Positions 47,681 to 58,637 are shown, numbered from the stretch's first letter. The stretch is DNA of 64,000 bases from Elusimicrobiota bacterium (GCA_036574205.1 JAINCQ010000012.1:1-64000), one strand, 5' to 3'. Notes: generated by a model not told the origin, from the letters alone. Made by a program: numbers and translations.

Positions 47681-49083
47681 ATAAAAAATTTTACTATCAT
47701 TTAATTTCTATCTCAGTGATTTCTATATTTTTAAGAATTATATTGTTATTATATGTAGGACCAAGGATAGAAAATGATACGCCGCTTTATTTAGCACAAA
47801 TCTATAATATCTACGATGGAAAATGTTTTTCTATTACCGATTATGTTGATAATAAATTAAAACCAACAGCATACAGAATGCCATTATTTCAAACTATTAG
47901 TGCATATTCTGCAAAAATATTAAATATAAAAAAAGAAAAAATACCATTACTGGTGGCAATACTTAATATACTATTTTCCACAGGTATAGCTTTAATAGGA
48001 GTTTTAATTGCCCTCATAATAACTAAAAATCAAGAAATAGCTATTTTAACAGGATATTTATCATCTATAAACCCAAATTTAATATATAATTCAGTCCTTG
48101 TCTTAACAGACACAACTTTTAGTTTTATAATAGCAGTCTTCATTTTTGTAAGTGTAATTTCTTTGGAAAATAATTCTAAAAGATATTTATGTCTATCAGG
48201 AATTATTCTTGGACTCTCAGTTTTAACAAGACCTATAACAAAATTCTATTTTCTTTTCCATATTTTTTTGCTATTTTTTATTCTAAAAGATAGTTACAAA
48301 AATAAAATAAAAAAAATTATAATTTTTTCCTTATCCTGCTTAATTATTGTTTCTCCATGGATATTTAGAAATTATTATAGACTTAATTTTTTAGGGCTTG
48401 AAACAAATCAGGGATTAAATACCTTATGGTCAACAGCAAGATTAATAAAAATAAAAGCGGAAGAAGACAAAAAAGACAAAATTATCTATGAAATGAAAAA
48501 AATTATAATTGAAACGATGAAAACCGAATCATGGCCTATGAAAGCAGAAATTGAGGCAAGAAAAAAATTAAATTTATCAGAAGTGGAAGCTTGTAAATAT
48601 CTTCAGAAAATAGGAGTAGATACTATTATTTCTTCACCATTTGACTTTATAAAAATATTTTTAAGAAATATAGCAAATAATATTACCTCCGCAACTGCAG
48701 AGCTAAAGATTATTGACTTTTTGATAGGTAATAATTATTATGAAAAACAACATAAGATAATGACAAATTTTGAAAATATAGAAAACAGGAATGTAGAAAA
48801 GAAAATCAAACCTGAAGATTTTATAATAATTGCACCAAATCTTATATTTAGGATAATTCATCTTTTAATATTTTGTGTTTCTTTAATCGCTTTATGTTTT
48901 TTATTTAAAGAAAATAAAAATTCAGCTATTTTTTTATTTTCATTTATATCCTATCTTATATTACTAACTTCCGCTGTTGCAAGCTACGACAGATATCGTC
49001 TTCCATACGAAGTTATATTAAATTTTTTATTTTCATACATGATTATAAAATTACTTAAAAAGGAAAACGCAAAAAATGGATAG
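47665..49083 (+). CDS. GT-C (ArnT/PMT-like) membrane glycosyltransferase, copy 1
   Basis: Multi-TM; first-loop D (ENDTPLY), YRMP, NPNLI, LTDT, G...LTRP, PW..RNY, C-terminal RYRLP. Confidence 0.82.
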   Translation: MFKKINKKFYYHLISISVISIFLRIILLLYVGPRIENDTPLYLAQIYNIYDGKCFSITDYVDNKLKPTAYRMPLFQTISAYSAKILNIKKEKIPLLVAILNILFSTGIALIGVLIALIITKNQEIAILTGYLSSINPNLIYNSVLVLTDTTFSFIIAVFIFVSVISLENNSKRYLCLSGIILGLSVLTRPITKFYFLFHIFLLFFILKDSYKNKIKKIIIFSLSCLIIVSPWIFRNYYRLNFLGLETNQGLNTLWSTARLIKIKAEEDKKDKIIYEMKKIIIETMKTESWPMKAEIEARKKLNLSEVEACKYLQKIGVDTIISSPFDFIKIFLRNIANNITSATAELKIIDFLIGNNYYEKQHKIMTNFENIENRNVEKKIKPEDFIIIAPNLIFRIIHLLIFCVSLIALCFLFKENKNSAIFLFSFISYLILLTSAVASYDRYRLPYEVILNFLFSYMIIKLLKKENAKNG

Positions 49084-50461
49084 AAAAGTCTTTATAATAA
49101 ACATAGCGGCTATGTTACTATTTTCTCTTTGCATAAGGATATATGTTTTTCAAACCAATGGAATGATATATTTTGGTGATAGCATAGAATATTTAGAAGT
49201 AATTAGGAATATTTCAGAGGAAAAAGGATTTTCTCAAATTGATATTGTAACAAATAAGATATTACCGTATGCCAACAAACCTCCATTATTCTTTTATACT
49301 GTAGCATTAACCAAATATATTACAACTAACTTTGAAAATGGAATTTTCATCTTAAACATTATTTCTTCCATTTTAATTATATTACTTTCAATAAAATTTT
49401 CTCTTATTCTTTCATCAAATAAAGTTATTTCTTTAATGGTTGGATGGATGATGACACTTAATCCAAATTTAATTTTTAATTCTTTTTTATTAATGCCTGA
49501 TACATACTATAGTTTAGTAATAATTATATTTACGTTCATAGGCTTATATACTTTAAAAGAAAAAAAATCTCACTTATTTTTAGTTTTAGGAATGTTTTTA
49601 GGAATAACTGTATTGACAAGATCTCTTCTTAAATTTTTTTGGATTTTTATAAGTTTATTTATTCTATTCTATATAAAAAAAGAAATAAAACAAAAACTAA
49701 AATATATATTTCTTTTTATTTTCGGTTATGCTATTATAGTTTTGCCATATCAATTTAGAAACTTTACAAAACTTGGAGTTTTTTCCCCTCTTGAACTTCA
49801 TCAGGGAATAGCCTCCATCTGGCCAGTTATGCCTCTAATTAAGGTAACAGATTATTCATCACTTTTTAAAAAATATCCACGAACCCAACAGATAATAAAT
49901 TTCATTAAAGATAAAGATTATGAAATACCACCAGAAAAAGACTTAAGACTTAAATTCAAACTTTCACAATCAGAGATGGCTAAATACCTTACTTTAATAG
50001 CTATTCATACTGCAATTAAACATCCAATAAAATATTTTAAGATATATATAAAAAGCATTTTAAATACTATAACCTCATCAAGCTCATATCTTATGTTGAT
50101 TGATATTTTCAACCCAGGTTATTTTGAAAAGCAACATAGTATATTTTTAAATTTCATAAACAATAACTTTAATACAGAAAATTTCAAAAATTTTATTAAT
50201 TATATATTGCCAAACTTGTTTTTCAGGCTGTTAAATCTTCTTATTTTTATTACAGCCATAGCTGGGATAATCCTTTATAATCGTATAGGGAAAAAAGATA
50301 CAAATCTTTATCCAGTAGTTTTGCTTTTTTACACAATAGTATTTAGCTCTTTTACAGTTGGATATGACAGATATCGCCTGCCAGCGGAGTTTATAATATT
50401 ATTCTATTCATCCTATTTTATTTATGAACGATTTATAAAATATTCTAAAATAAATTTTTAA
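49076..50461 (+). CDS. GT-C (ArnT/PMT-like) membrane glycosyltransferase, copy 2
   Basis: GDS.EY, KPPL, NPNLI, MPDT, G...LTR, FRN, RYRLP; clearly paralogous to the upstream gene. Confidence 0.82.
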   Translation: MDRKVFIINIAAMLLFSLCIRIYVFQTNGMIYFGDSIEYLEVIRNISEEKGFSQIDIVTNKILPYANKPPLFFYTVALTKYITTNFENGIFILNIISSILIILLSIKFSLILSSNKVISLMVGWMMTLNPNLIFNSFLLMPDTYYSLVIIIFTFIGLYTLKEKKSHLFLVLGMFLGITVLTRSLLKFFWIFISLFILFYIKKEIKQKLKYIFLFIFGYAIIVLPYQFRNFTKLGVFSPLELHQGIASIWPVMPLIKVTDYSSLFKKYPRTQQIINFIKDKDYEIPPEKDLRLKFKLSQSEMAKYLTLIAIHTAIKHPIKYFKIYIKSILNTITSSSSYLMLIDIFNPGYFEKQHSIFLNFINNNFNTENFKNFINYILPNLFFRLLNLLIFITAIAGIILYNRIGKKDTNLYPVVLLFYTIVFSSFTVGYDRYRLPAEFIILFYSSYFIYERFIKYSKINF

Positions 50462-51425
50462 TTCTTCCATATCTAAACCAATCTCTTAAAACTTCAAAGA
50501 TCTTTTTAGGTAAAAAGACATAAGCGAAAACTGCCCAAATAAGTCCACTTAAAAAAAAATACCTAAAATTAAAATATTCTTTTATCTCACTTAAAATTTT
50601 TGAAACAGGAACCCCCTCATTTTTAGCATAGACTGAAAGCGCTATAACATATAATTTTAAAAAAACTTTTTTTCGCCACTTCTCAATCTCAGCTTTTTTT
50701 TCAGGCATTAATTCTATTCCATAATGAAAAACTGAATCTATCATTTTTTTCAAGTTATCAAGATATTTATCATATCCACTTAACACCGTCTCATTAAACT
50801 TATGTATTCTCCATACATAAACAGGTTCATTGATGAATGCCACCTTACCTTTTAAAAAAAGCCTTAAGTGCGATTCCAGATCATCACTCATTATATTTAA
50901 TCTATAGGAATTTATATCAATCGCAATTTTTCTGTTATATAGGACTGCTCCATGAGAGTAAACTATATCTGGAAACTTAAAAAACACTTCTATTCCAGTC
51001 ATAATTTTCTCTTCTGGCAACCTTAAAAAAAGTTTTCCTTCCTCATCTTTAAAATAACCACCTAAAACTGCAACTATATTATTGTTTTTTTTAATTACCT
51101 CAATAGCTTTGCTTAAAAAATTACTTTTAAAAAAGTAATCATCTCCATCAAGCATAATAACCCAATCACCTTGAGCAAGTTCGTATAATAATCTTCTGTA
51201 AGTGCCATTTCGTCCAATGTTTTTCTCATTCCTGAAAACCTTTAGTTTTGAGTATTTTTGTTGCAATTCTTTTGCAATAAAGTAAGTTTTATCAGTTGAG
51301 CAATCATCTAAGACTACTATTTCAATATTTTCATATTCTATTTCAATTGCCGAAATAATTGCTTTAGATATATATTTTTCCTGATTATAGGCTGGTATCA
51401 TTATGGAAATAGTTGGCAATTTCAT
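50445..51425 (-). CDS. Glycosyltransferase family 2
   Basis: ISI.IPAYNQ.KYI, DDCSTD.T, N..NIG, LDGDDY, YVWR.H. Confidence 0.92.
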   Translation of the reverse strand: MKLPTISIMIPAYNQEKYISKAIISAIEIEYENIEIVVLDDCSTDKTYFIAKELQQKYSKLKVFRNEKNIGRNGTYRRLLYELAQGDWVIMLDGDDYFFKSNFLSKAIEVIKKNNNIVAVLGGYFKDEEGKLFLRLPEEKIMTGIEVFFKFPDIVYSHGAVLYNRKIAIDINSYRLNIMSDDLESHLRLFLKGKVAFINEPVYVWRIHKFNETVLSGYDKYLDNLKKMIDSVFHYGIELMPEKKAEIEKWRKKVFLKLYVIALSVYAKNEGVPVSKILSEIKEYFNFRYFFLSGLIWAVFAYVFLPKKIFEVLRDWFRYGRIKNLF

Positions 51426-52199
51426 TTATCTTCCCAGAATTATTTTTTTAAAAGTTCTATATAAAGGGAATAAAAATAATTTTATAACTGTGTTAGTTAT
51501 TCCAATATTTCCAAATACTAAGTCAACACCCGTTTTTTGATAAATATGTTTTTTTAGCTTATTATTTGAAACTCCCCTTGTATTATATATTGAAATAGGA
51601 TAGTTTGCTTTAACCCATTTCTTATCTTTTATCATCATAAAAAATATATAATCAGAAATCATTAGCCCCTGTTTTACGAGATAATATCCTACTTCATCAT
51701 GTAAACTTTTTTTATATATAACGGACTGATGAATAACATTATTTTTTATTATGTCACATTTATAAAGGTAATTCCCATTTATTATAGTATCTGAGTATAT
51801 AACATCAGCATTGAGGTGAAGTTTATCCTCAATAAATATTTTTTTTAAAACATTTTTATCAACAAACATATCTCCGGCATTCATAAAAATAAGCCAGCTT
51901 CCCTTTGAAACTTTAATAGCCTTATTCATAGCATCATATATCCCATTATCTTTCTCGCTTACCCAATAAGTGATTTTATCTTCATATTTTTTAATAATAT
52001 CCACCGTACCATCCGTAGATCCACCATCTATGACTATGTATTCTATATGAGGATAAGTTTGAGAGATAACGCTTTCAATAGTTTTTTGTAAAAAATCCTT
52101 TCCATTAAATACAACAGTAACAACACTAATCATTGGAAGGTTAGTTATATTTTTATCCTCTAAAAATTTATCTTTTTTTGTTTCTGTATAATTACTCAT
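51426..52199 (-). CDS. Glycosyltransferase family 2 (WcaE-like)
   Basis: ISVVTVVFN, EYIVIDGGSTDGT, SEKDNGIYDAMNK, FMNAGD, HQS. Confidence 0.93.
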   Translation of the reverse strand: MSNYTETKKDKFLEDKNITNLPMISVVTVVFNGKDFLQKTIESVISQTYPHIEYIVIDGGSTDGTVDIIKKYEDKITYWVSEKDNGIYDAMNKAIKVSKGSWLIFMNAGDMFVDKNVLKKIFIEDKLHLNADVIYSDTIINGNYLYKCDIIKNNVIHQSVIYKKSLHDEVGYYLVKQGLMISDYIFFMMIKDKKWVKANYPISIYNTRGVSNNKLKKHIYQKTGVDLVFGNIGITNTVIKLFLFPLYRTFKKIILGR

Positions 52200-53443
52200 T
52201 TCGCCTCGTTCAAAATTTCTTTATAAAGTTCTATATATTTTTTCACAATTATTTTACTATTAAATTCGTTAACTATTTTATCCCTCGCTTTCCTGGAAAT
52301 CTCTTCATAATTCTGTGAGTTTAAAACCCATTCTATCCCATTTTTCAAGTCAGTTGTATCAAAAGGGACTGCCAGATATCCATTTTCTTTATGATCTATC
52401 ATATCCCTATTTCCACCAACATCAAAAGCAACTACAGGAGTTCCACAAGCAAGGCTTTCCATAATAGTATTAGATAAATTTTCTTGTAAGCTTGGAACTA
52501 CTACTACATCACAAGCACTATAAATTGTTCTTAAACTTACATTATCACTTAACCGTCCTAAACAATGAGTCTTAATTCCAAATCCTAAATTACCTTTTAA
52601 AGTTTCATTACCAAAGATAACGACTTCTACCTTCTCTTTGTCTGGCAACTTATATAAAGCTTCTATAAGTTCTTTAAATCCTTTTCTCGGATCAGTGGTT
52701 GCAGACATAGCCCCAAATAGAAGAATACTTTTATTTTCTGGTAAATTCCATAACTCTCTAGATCTTTTTTTATCAAATGGTTTAAACAAATTAGTATCAA
52801 TTGGATTATGAATAACAATATGTTTTCTTCCACTAAAAAGATAACTTTTTTCTGCCAGAGTTCTCAACCAGTTACTAAGACTTACTATGTAAAGATTATT
52901 TTTCTGAGAAAATACTTTTTCTTTCCTTAACCACACTCTTCTACTTAAATCTTTTTCTATGTTACTACCTAAAACCTTACATTTACCACATTTTTCATTA
53001 TATCTTTCACATCCCTCATTATAATGACAACCTCCTGTAAAAGGCCACATATCATGTAAACTCCATACAATTGGCTGATTTATTTTTAATATATCTTCTA
53101 TACGTAACATTCCATCACATATCCAATGCAAATGAACTATATCAGGTTTTATTTGGTTTATTTTTTTTAAGATACTATTAAATGGAAACCATGAAGGACT
53201 AAAAAGGGTTTTTGTCCTATTTTTATATTTTTTAACAGGGAACTGATCAAAAAAATATCTTGCTCTGGCAATTACTTTATCAAGGTTAGTAAGTGGTCCC
53301 ATAACAGTAGAATCATCAGAATACTTATTTTGAACTAACATTAAACTATCAGCCCCTTCTTCAATCAAAGATCTATGCAATCTATATGCTGCTATTGCTG
53401 CTCCACCATAAACATCTGAAGCATTTAAAATAAGAATTTTCAT
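52196..53443 (-). CDS. Glycosyltransferase family 4 (WcaC-like)
   Basis: GGAAIAAYRLH, DIVHLHW, WSLHDMW.FTGGCHY, RKG, PS.QENL.NT..ESLACGTPVV. Confidence 0.93.
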   Translation of the reverse strand: MKILILNASDVYGGAAIAAYRLHRSLIEEGADSLMLVQNKYSDDSTVMGPLTNLDKVIARARYFFDQFPVKKYKNRTKTLFSPSWFPFNSILKKINQIKPDIVHLHWICDGMLRIEDILKINQPIVWSLHDMWPFTGGCHYNEGCERYNEKCGKCKVLGSNIEKDLSRRVWLRKEKVFSQKNNLYIVSLSNWLRTLAEKSYLFSGRKHIVIHNPIDTNLFKPFDKKRSRELWNLPENKSILLFGAMSATTDPRKGFKELIEALYKLPDKEKVEVVIFGNETLKGNLGFGIKTHCLGRLSDNVSLRTIYSACDVVVVPSLQENLSNTIMESLACGTPVVAFDVGGNRDMIDHKENGYLAVPFDTTDLKNGIEWVLNSQNYEEISRKARDKIVNEFNSKIIVKKYIELYKEILNEAK

Positions 53444-54240
53444 TTTCGCCCTTCTATATATAACGAACTACAACCTTTATATGGAAATCCATTTGTATCT
53501 GAGTCAAGAAAATAAGAATTAAAATTTTGAATCTGGCTTTGATTATAAGCCATTCTCTTGATATCTAAGTATCCACACTCAGTTAATATTTTGGAGAGAG
53601 AATAGGTATCATACATCCAGCAGTGTTTTTCACCTATTGAGGTATTTACAAAAATCAAATCTCTAATATCAGATGGTATCAAATATTTAATCAACTTCAA
53701 ATACAAATATAATATTTTATTCTTGACTTTATCAAAGGAAAAATTCATTAAGTCCTTTTTAAAATTGTTTTCTAATAGCCTTTCTCCAACTCTATCCTGT
53801 ATATACCTGGCTAATACAAGATTTTTCTCCTTTTTCACATTATTATAAATATCAATCATTTCACCACCAGGCTTATTTCGCACCATCTGGTCAAGGAGTT
53901 CAAGAATTATCCATTCATACCTTTCTTTATAATCTTCATTATTAATATTTTCTAATATTTTTAAATACTCTCTCGCTATATTTTCCAAATCAGGTACTAC
54001 AACTCTTAAAATACCACCAGGTTTTAAAACTCTATAAATTTCTTTTAATACAAAAACTGCTTTATTTTTTGGCAAATGCTCCAGAAAATGGCTTGTGTAA
54101 ACTGCATCAAAGGTATTTGATTCAAAATCTAACCCTTTTAAAATATTAACTCTAATCACAGATGAAGAATTACTATGAAAATCTATATTTATCCAATCTT
54201 TGTGAAATCTATCTCCACAAGCAAGATTAAGAAGTCTCAT
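53440..54240 (-). CDS. Class I SAM-dependent methyltransferase
   Basis: LLNLACG, W.NID, SHFLEH, E.YRVLKPGG.LRVVVPDLE, GE.H.WMYD. Start placed at ATG 54240. Confidence 0.88.
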   Translation of the reverse strand: MRLLNLACGDRFHKDWINIDFHSNSSSVIRVNILKGLDFESNTFDAVYTSHFLEHLPKNKAVFVLKEIYRVLKPGGILRVVVPDLENIAREYLKILENINNEDYKERYEWIILELLDQMVRNKPGGEMIDIYNNVKKEKNLVLARYIQDRVGERLLENNFKKDLMNFSFDKVKNKILYLYLKLIKYLIPSDIRDLIFVNTSIGEKHCWMYDTYSLSKILTECGYLDIKRMAYNQSQIQNFNSYFLDSDTNGFPYKGCSSLYIEGRK

Positions 54241-54244
54241 AATT

Positions 54245-55150
54245 TTATCCTTTCTTATATACAGCAACAATCGTATGACCCTTAGGAAGCATCTCCTTAA
54301 CTAAACCCTTAGCTAAAACCTTTGCCACAAGAGAAGCCAATTTAGTTACAATACTTCTTTTAAAGTTTATATCTAACAATTTTGGGGTTAAAATTGAATT
54401 GGTTACAAGAGTCTGTAAGTAAAGATTTTTATGTATAGCTTGAAGATTTTCATGATATATATCTTTAAGTTCTAAGTTAAAATTACTGGCAATACTCTTT
54501 AAAGAGTGAACACTCCATCTAGTTATATGATGAGGTGGAAGATTCATAATTTCATTGGTGGAAAATTTTAAAAATGAATCTTCAGAAGGCACACTAATTA
54601 TTAGTAGACCATTTTGTTTAAGTGTTTTCAATGCTGATTCTAAAAAAGACCTTGGATTAAAAACATGCTCTAAAACTTGAAAACAAACAACAATATTAAA
54701 ATTTTCCACGTTCTTTTTAGAAAATTCTTCAATTGATTCTTCCCTTATATCAATCCCTTTTTCTCTTCCGGTGTTAATTGCTTTTTTATTTAATTCAATA
54801 CCTATATATTTCTTGGGTCTAATATATTGTATAAAAGCTCCTCTTCCACAACCAATCTCAAGTACTGTATCTTGAAGATTTACATATTTTGCTGAGTATC
54901 TATATTCTTCTTTATCATCCATATAATACCATTCAAACCTTTGTAAGGAATTATAAAACTCTTCATCACCTCCAACCACCGGATAATAAAATCTAAGTCT
55001 GCAATCCATACATTCATATAAAATTATATCGTCTGAGATAAGATATGATAAATCTTTTTTTATTAGTTTAAACCAAAGTCTTATAAGATCTTTGCGATCA
55101 ATAAAATCAACTTTTATTATTTTTTTAGAATGACATAAGATACAATTCAT
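54245..55150 (-). CDS. Class I SAM-dependent methyltransferase with N-terminal CxxC...CxxC
   Basis: CILC...CMDC, VLEIGCGRG, FQVLEHV, LK.NG.L..SVP, N.PPHH. Confidence 0.9.
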   Translation of the reverse strand: MNCILCHSKKIIKVDFIDRKDLIRLWFKLIKKDLSYLISDDIILYECMDCRLRFYYPVVGGDEEFYNSLQRFEWYYMDDKEEYRYSAKYVNLQDTVLEIGCGRGAFIQYIRPKKYIGIELNKKAINTGREKGIDIREESIEEFSKKNVENFNIVVCFQVLEHVFNPRSFLESALKTLKQNGLLIISVPSEDSFLKFSTNEIMNLPPHHITRWSVHSLKSIASNFNLELKDIYHENLQAIHKNLYLQTLVTNSILTPKLLDINFKRSIVTKLASLVAKVLAKGLVKEMLPKGHTIVAVYKKG

Positions 55151-56052
55151 AAAAATTTTCTTATTTTATTTATAACCCTTTTTATAACACATTCTGAAGC
55201 AAAAACATACTTAAAAGTAAATTTATCCGCCTCAAAATCTCTTTCAAGTTTTTGAGGATGTTTTTGTACCACAAGTTCTTTAATGGGTAAATTTGAATAC
55301 CACTTCTCTAACTGCGTATGTGTCCCTCCAAAATTAAATCCTATATTTGAAACCATATTAACATTAGGTAACACACAGAGCCATTTATTAAACCAAAATG
55401 TAAATGTCCATTGATAATCCCAAGTATCTATTTCCATTCTTTTCATCCTCCAGAAAATTTTCCTCCAATACCTTAATTCTGTGCCTTTATGAAGTTTTTC
55501 AAGAAAATTATCATCATTTATATTTTTTAGCTCAAAGTCATATTTTTCCCATCTATTTCTCCAGGTAGCCCACCCCCATATATGATTGTAAATGGAAAAA
55601 TAATAATCCCCTTCACCCCTCCAATTACCTTTTTGAAAATTACAACCACTAATCTGCCCAACTCTCATATCATTTCTATATCTCTTTAAAAGATCTTCAC
55701 AAAATCTAAAAAAACTCAAACTCGGAAATGTATCATCCTCAAGTATAATCCCCTCTTCCTCATTTTCAAAAAACCAGGTAATAGCGCTACTTACAGCTTT
55801 TCCACATCCCAAATTCTTTTCTCTAAAAAGTGTCTTTACTTCGCATTTCCAATCAATGTTATTTAAAACAAATTCCCTTACTTCTCTTACTTCTTTTACC
55901 TCATCTAAAATATTTTCTCTTGGACCATCTGCTGCAATATACAATCTCGGTGGCTTGACCTTTTTTATTTGCCAAAAAACCTTTTTAGTAGTAGTGATTC
56001 TGTTAAAAACTAAAAAGAGCACCGGAATACTAATATTACTATAAGATTCCAT
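55147..56052 (-). CDS. Nucleotide-diphospho-sugar transferase (GT-A fold)
   Basis: PVLFLVFNR, LYIAADGPR, NLGC..AVS.AITWFF, IILEDD, WGWATW..RW, DTWDYQW, N.VSNIGF. Confidence 0.88.
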   Translation of the reverse strand: MESYSNISIPVLFLVFNRITTTKKVFWQIKKVKPPRLYIAADGPRENILDEVKEVREVREFVLNNIDWKCEVKTLFREKNLGCGKAVSSAITWFFENEEEGIILEDDTFPSLSFFRFCEDLLKRYRNDMRVGQISGCNFQKGNWRGEGDYYFSIYNHIWGWATWRNRWEKYDFELKNINDDNFLEKLHKGTELRYWRKIFWRMKRMEIDTWDYQWTFTFWFNKWLCVLPNVNMVSNIGFNFGGTHTQLEKWYSNLPIKELVVQKHPQKLERDFEADKFTFKYVFASECVIKRVINKIRKFL

Positions 56053-56053
56053 T

Positions 56054-56431
56054 CTATTTAACTCTCCATATGTCAATTTTATTTTTCGTTATTCTATGAG
56101 ATAAAACATTCAACCACTTTGCATTTTTTTTAACATAAAAAATATGATTTATATATTTGTCTATTAAAAAAACATCACCTTTTTTAAATCTATATTTTTC
56201 AATCTTTCCAGACAATTTGCCATTTTTCAAAACCTTTTCCACCACAACATCTATTTCTCCTTCAAGAATTATAAAAATTTCTCTTATACGTCTATGATAA
56301 TGATTCCCCCTTACACTGCCTTTTTTTGATGTTATAATATTAATCTCCTCCCATCTACCCTTATTTATTAATCCACTAAATTTCCCCCTTTTATCGCTAA
56401 ATTCAAAATAACTTTTTAATATTCTTATCAT
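56054..56431 (-). CDS. Cupin-fold NDP-sugar isomerase/epimerase-like protein (WxcM/QdtA/RmlC-like)
   Basis: F.DKRG, SKKG.VRGNHYH...E....L.G, H. Start placed at ATG 56431 (ATGA overlap). Confidence 0.78.
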   Translation of the reverse strand: MIRILKSYFEFSDKRGKFSGLINKGRWEEINIITSKKGSVRGNHYHRRIREIFIILEGEIDVVVEKVLKNGKLSGKIEKYRFKKGDVFLIDKYINHIFYVKKNAKWLNVLSHRITKNKIDIWRVK

Positions 56432-57270
56432 ACCATCTCCTTCCTCAACCATTCTTCAAGGGGAAAGATCCATTTATCCTTACAAAAATCAGACTGAATA
56501 AGAGAATAATCAAAGAATGTCTTGTTTTCAACCGGGATAATATCTGCTATGCTTGATTTGACCATAGTCTTTAACAGTAAGCCAAACTCATATCTAGAAA
56601 TTCTTCTATCACCACATGCATGAATTATGCCATATCTTTTCTCTTCAACAACCTTTAAAACAATTTCATTAAAAAAATTTAAAGGCGTTGGAGTAAAAAA
56701 GTTATTAGTGTAAAGCTCAATCTTTTCATTATTTTTTATCTTATCTAAAAGCCATCCCCAAAATACCCCATCTCTCCCCATAACAGCAGATGTTCTCAAT
56801 ATCGTAAATTTATCTACTTTAAAATCAAATAATATATTCTCTGCCATAAATTTAGAAACTCCATAGAATGTTGTTGGACAAGGCAAATCGGTATCTTTAT
56901 AAAATCCTCTTTTACCATCGAAAACATAGTCAGTAGATATATATATTATATGAGAATTAAAACCAAGTTTTTTATAAATTTTTAACAAGTTCTCCATAGG
57001 ATAAAAATTTATTTTTTTCGCAAATTCAAAATTTTTTTCACATCCAGAAACATCCTTAAACCCTGCAGCCCAGATTATAAAATCTGGTGAAATTTCTATT
57101 AATAACCTTTCAATTTCTTCAGGGCTGGTAATATCAAGATACAACATTTTATTATCCTTCTTTTGACTATAATACGTTCCAAATATTTCATAATTCAATC
57201 TACTCTTTAAAAAATTAAACAAAGCATTACCTATAAAACCCGAGGCCCCAACAATTAAAATTTTCATCAC
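56428..57270 (-). CDS. RmlD-like SDR NDP-4-keto-sugar reductase
   Basis: GASGFIG, LDIT, CE......N, ISTDYVFDG..G.Y...D.P.P...YG.SK..E, RTS. Confidence 0.88.
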   Translation of the reverse strand: MMKILIVGASGFIGNALFNFLKSRLNYEIFGTYYSQKKDNKMLYLDITSPEEIERLLIEISPDFIIWAAGFKDVSGCEKNFEFAKKINFYPMENLLKIYKKLGFNSHIIYISTDYVFDGKRGFYKDTDLPCPTTFYGVSKFMAENILFDFKVDKFTILRTSAVMGRDGVFWGWLLDKIKNNEKIELYTNNFFTPTPLNFFNEIVLKVVEEKRYGIIHACGDRRISRYEFGLLLKTMVKSSIADIIPVENKTFFDYSLIQSDFCKDKWIFPLEEWLRKEMV

Positions 57271-58637
57271 CCTATCCTTTTCATAACAGTATCCTTTGAT
57301 CCATCATATGATTTATAATCTTTTAAAATTTCCACATCCACTTTAGATTTTAACTCTTCATAAAGTCTTGTGCCTGGAAAAGGAGCGCAGCTGGCTATCT
57401 GATAACTTCTAAAAATATTGCTTTCTGAAAAACCCATAGCTTTCAATATTTTCATATCCTCATTATGAATCTCTTCGCTTTGACCCGGTAAATCCTTCAT
57501 CATCGTCAAATGAATCATTAATCCTGGATATTTTTTAGAAATACGGTTTAATGTAGATTTAAAGTCAATTCTTTCTATTCCCTTATTAATTCTCCTCAAT
57601 ACATCCAAATTAAAAGTTTCTACTCCAAACCTCATTCCCACACATCCGCTATCTACCATCTTATCAAAAAGCCAATCAGGAGAAATATCAATTCTACCCA
57701 TCATAGTCCATGGTAAACCTATTTTCTTAAGATAATCACACAACAAAGATATTCTTTCTGTACCAATATTAAATGTATCATCGTCAAAAAATATGCTTTT
57801 AAAACCATATTTTCTAATACATTCATTAATCTCTTCATATACCTTTTGAGGCCTTCTTAAAGAAACTACCCCATGATACATAATCTGTGGCCACATACAA
57901 AAAACACATCTAAAAGGACATCCTTTACTTGAATATATCTGAAGTTGTGGTCTTTTTGTTGGCATAGTAGGGTCATAGTATTTAGTGGCTGATTTATAAT
58001 CTCTGAAAGGAAAAGGAATACTATCAAGATCTTCTACAACTTTTGAAGGATAAACCCCTTCCTTCCTGCTCTTTACAAGCTCATACGTGTTCAGTATGTA
58101 CTCCCCACAAAGGAAATATTTTATTTCAGGAGCATTATGCTGTATTTCTTTAATAGTCTCTTCATTTAAATGGCTACCTGCAAGCGCAACCTTGAAAAAT
58201 TTAGCAACTTTTTTTGCAAACCATACATCTATATCTATTGTTGGAGTTGAACACTCAGCAATCACTATATCAGGAGCTTCTTTTTTAATTTTATCTAAAA
58301 ACTTATCATAATCGTATTCTTCCTCTGCTACAGCATCCAATATATTAACCTCAAATCCCTTTGAACGTAAATAAGAAGCAGCATAAGCCATGATAAATGG
58401 GTAATGAAGTGCACCAGGAGGTATTTCCATAGTCCATGGCCATCTTGAACCAGCCCTTACACCATATCTCACTCCTTTTCCAAGCCCATAATACTTATTC
58501 AAGAATTTAAATAGCCTATATACACCAGGAATCTTTCTATAAAAAGATTTAAAAACAAAACCCTTTATCTTAAAATCATTTTCAGGTGAAGAATTATCAT
58601 CTCTAATAACCGGCGGATTTATAAAAAGCACTTTCAT
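57267..58637 (-). CDS. Cobalamin-binding radical SAM protein
   Basis: N-terminal B12-binding-like domain (KVLFINPP...YP...AY.A..L......V...D, G.H, GE), DLD..PFP, SKGCPFRCVFC, FDDDTF, G.ET, PFPGT.LY. Confidence 0.9.
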   Translation of the reverse strand: MKVLFINPPVIRDDNSSPENDFKIKGFVFKSFYRKIPGVYRLFKFLNKYYGLGKGVRYGVRAGSRWPWTMEIPPGALHYPFIMAYAASYLRSKGFEVNILDAVAEEEYDYDKFLDKIKKEAPDIVIAECSTPTIDIDVWFAKKVAKFFKVALAGSHLNEETIKEIQHNAPEIKYFLCGEYILNTYELVKSRKEGVYPSKVVEDLDSIPFPFRDYKSATKYYDPTMPTKRPQLQIYSSKGCPFRCVFCMWPQIMYHGVVSLRRPQKVYEEINECIRKYGFKSIFFDDDTFNIGTERISLLCDYLKKIGLPWTMMGRIDISPDWLFDKMVDSGCVGMRFGVETFNLDVLRRINKGIERIDFKSTLNRISKKYPGLMIHLTMMKDLPGQSEEIHNEDMKILKAMGFSESNIFRSYQIASCAPFPGTRLYEELKSKVDVEILKDYKSYDGSKDTVMKRIG

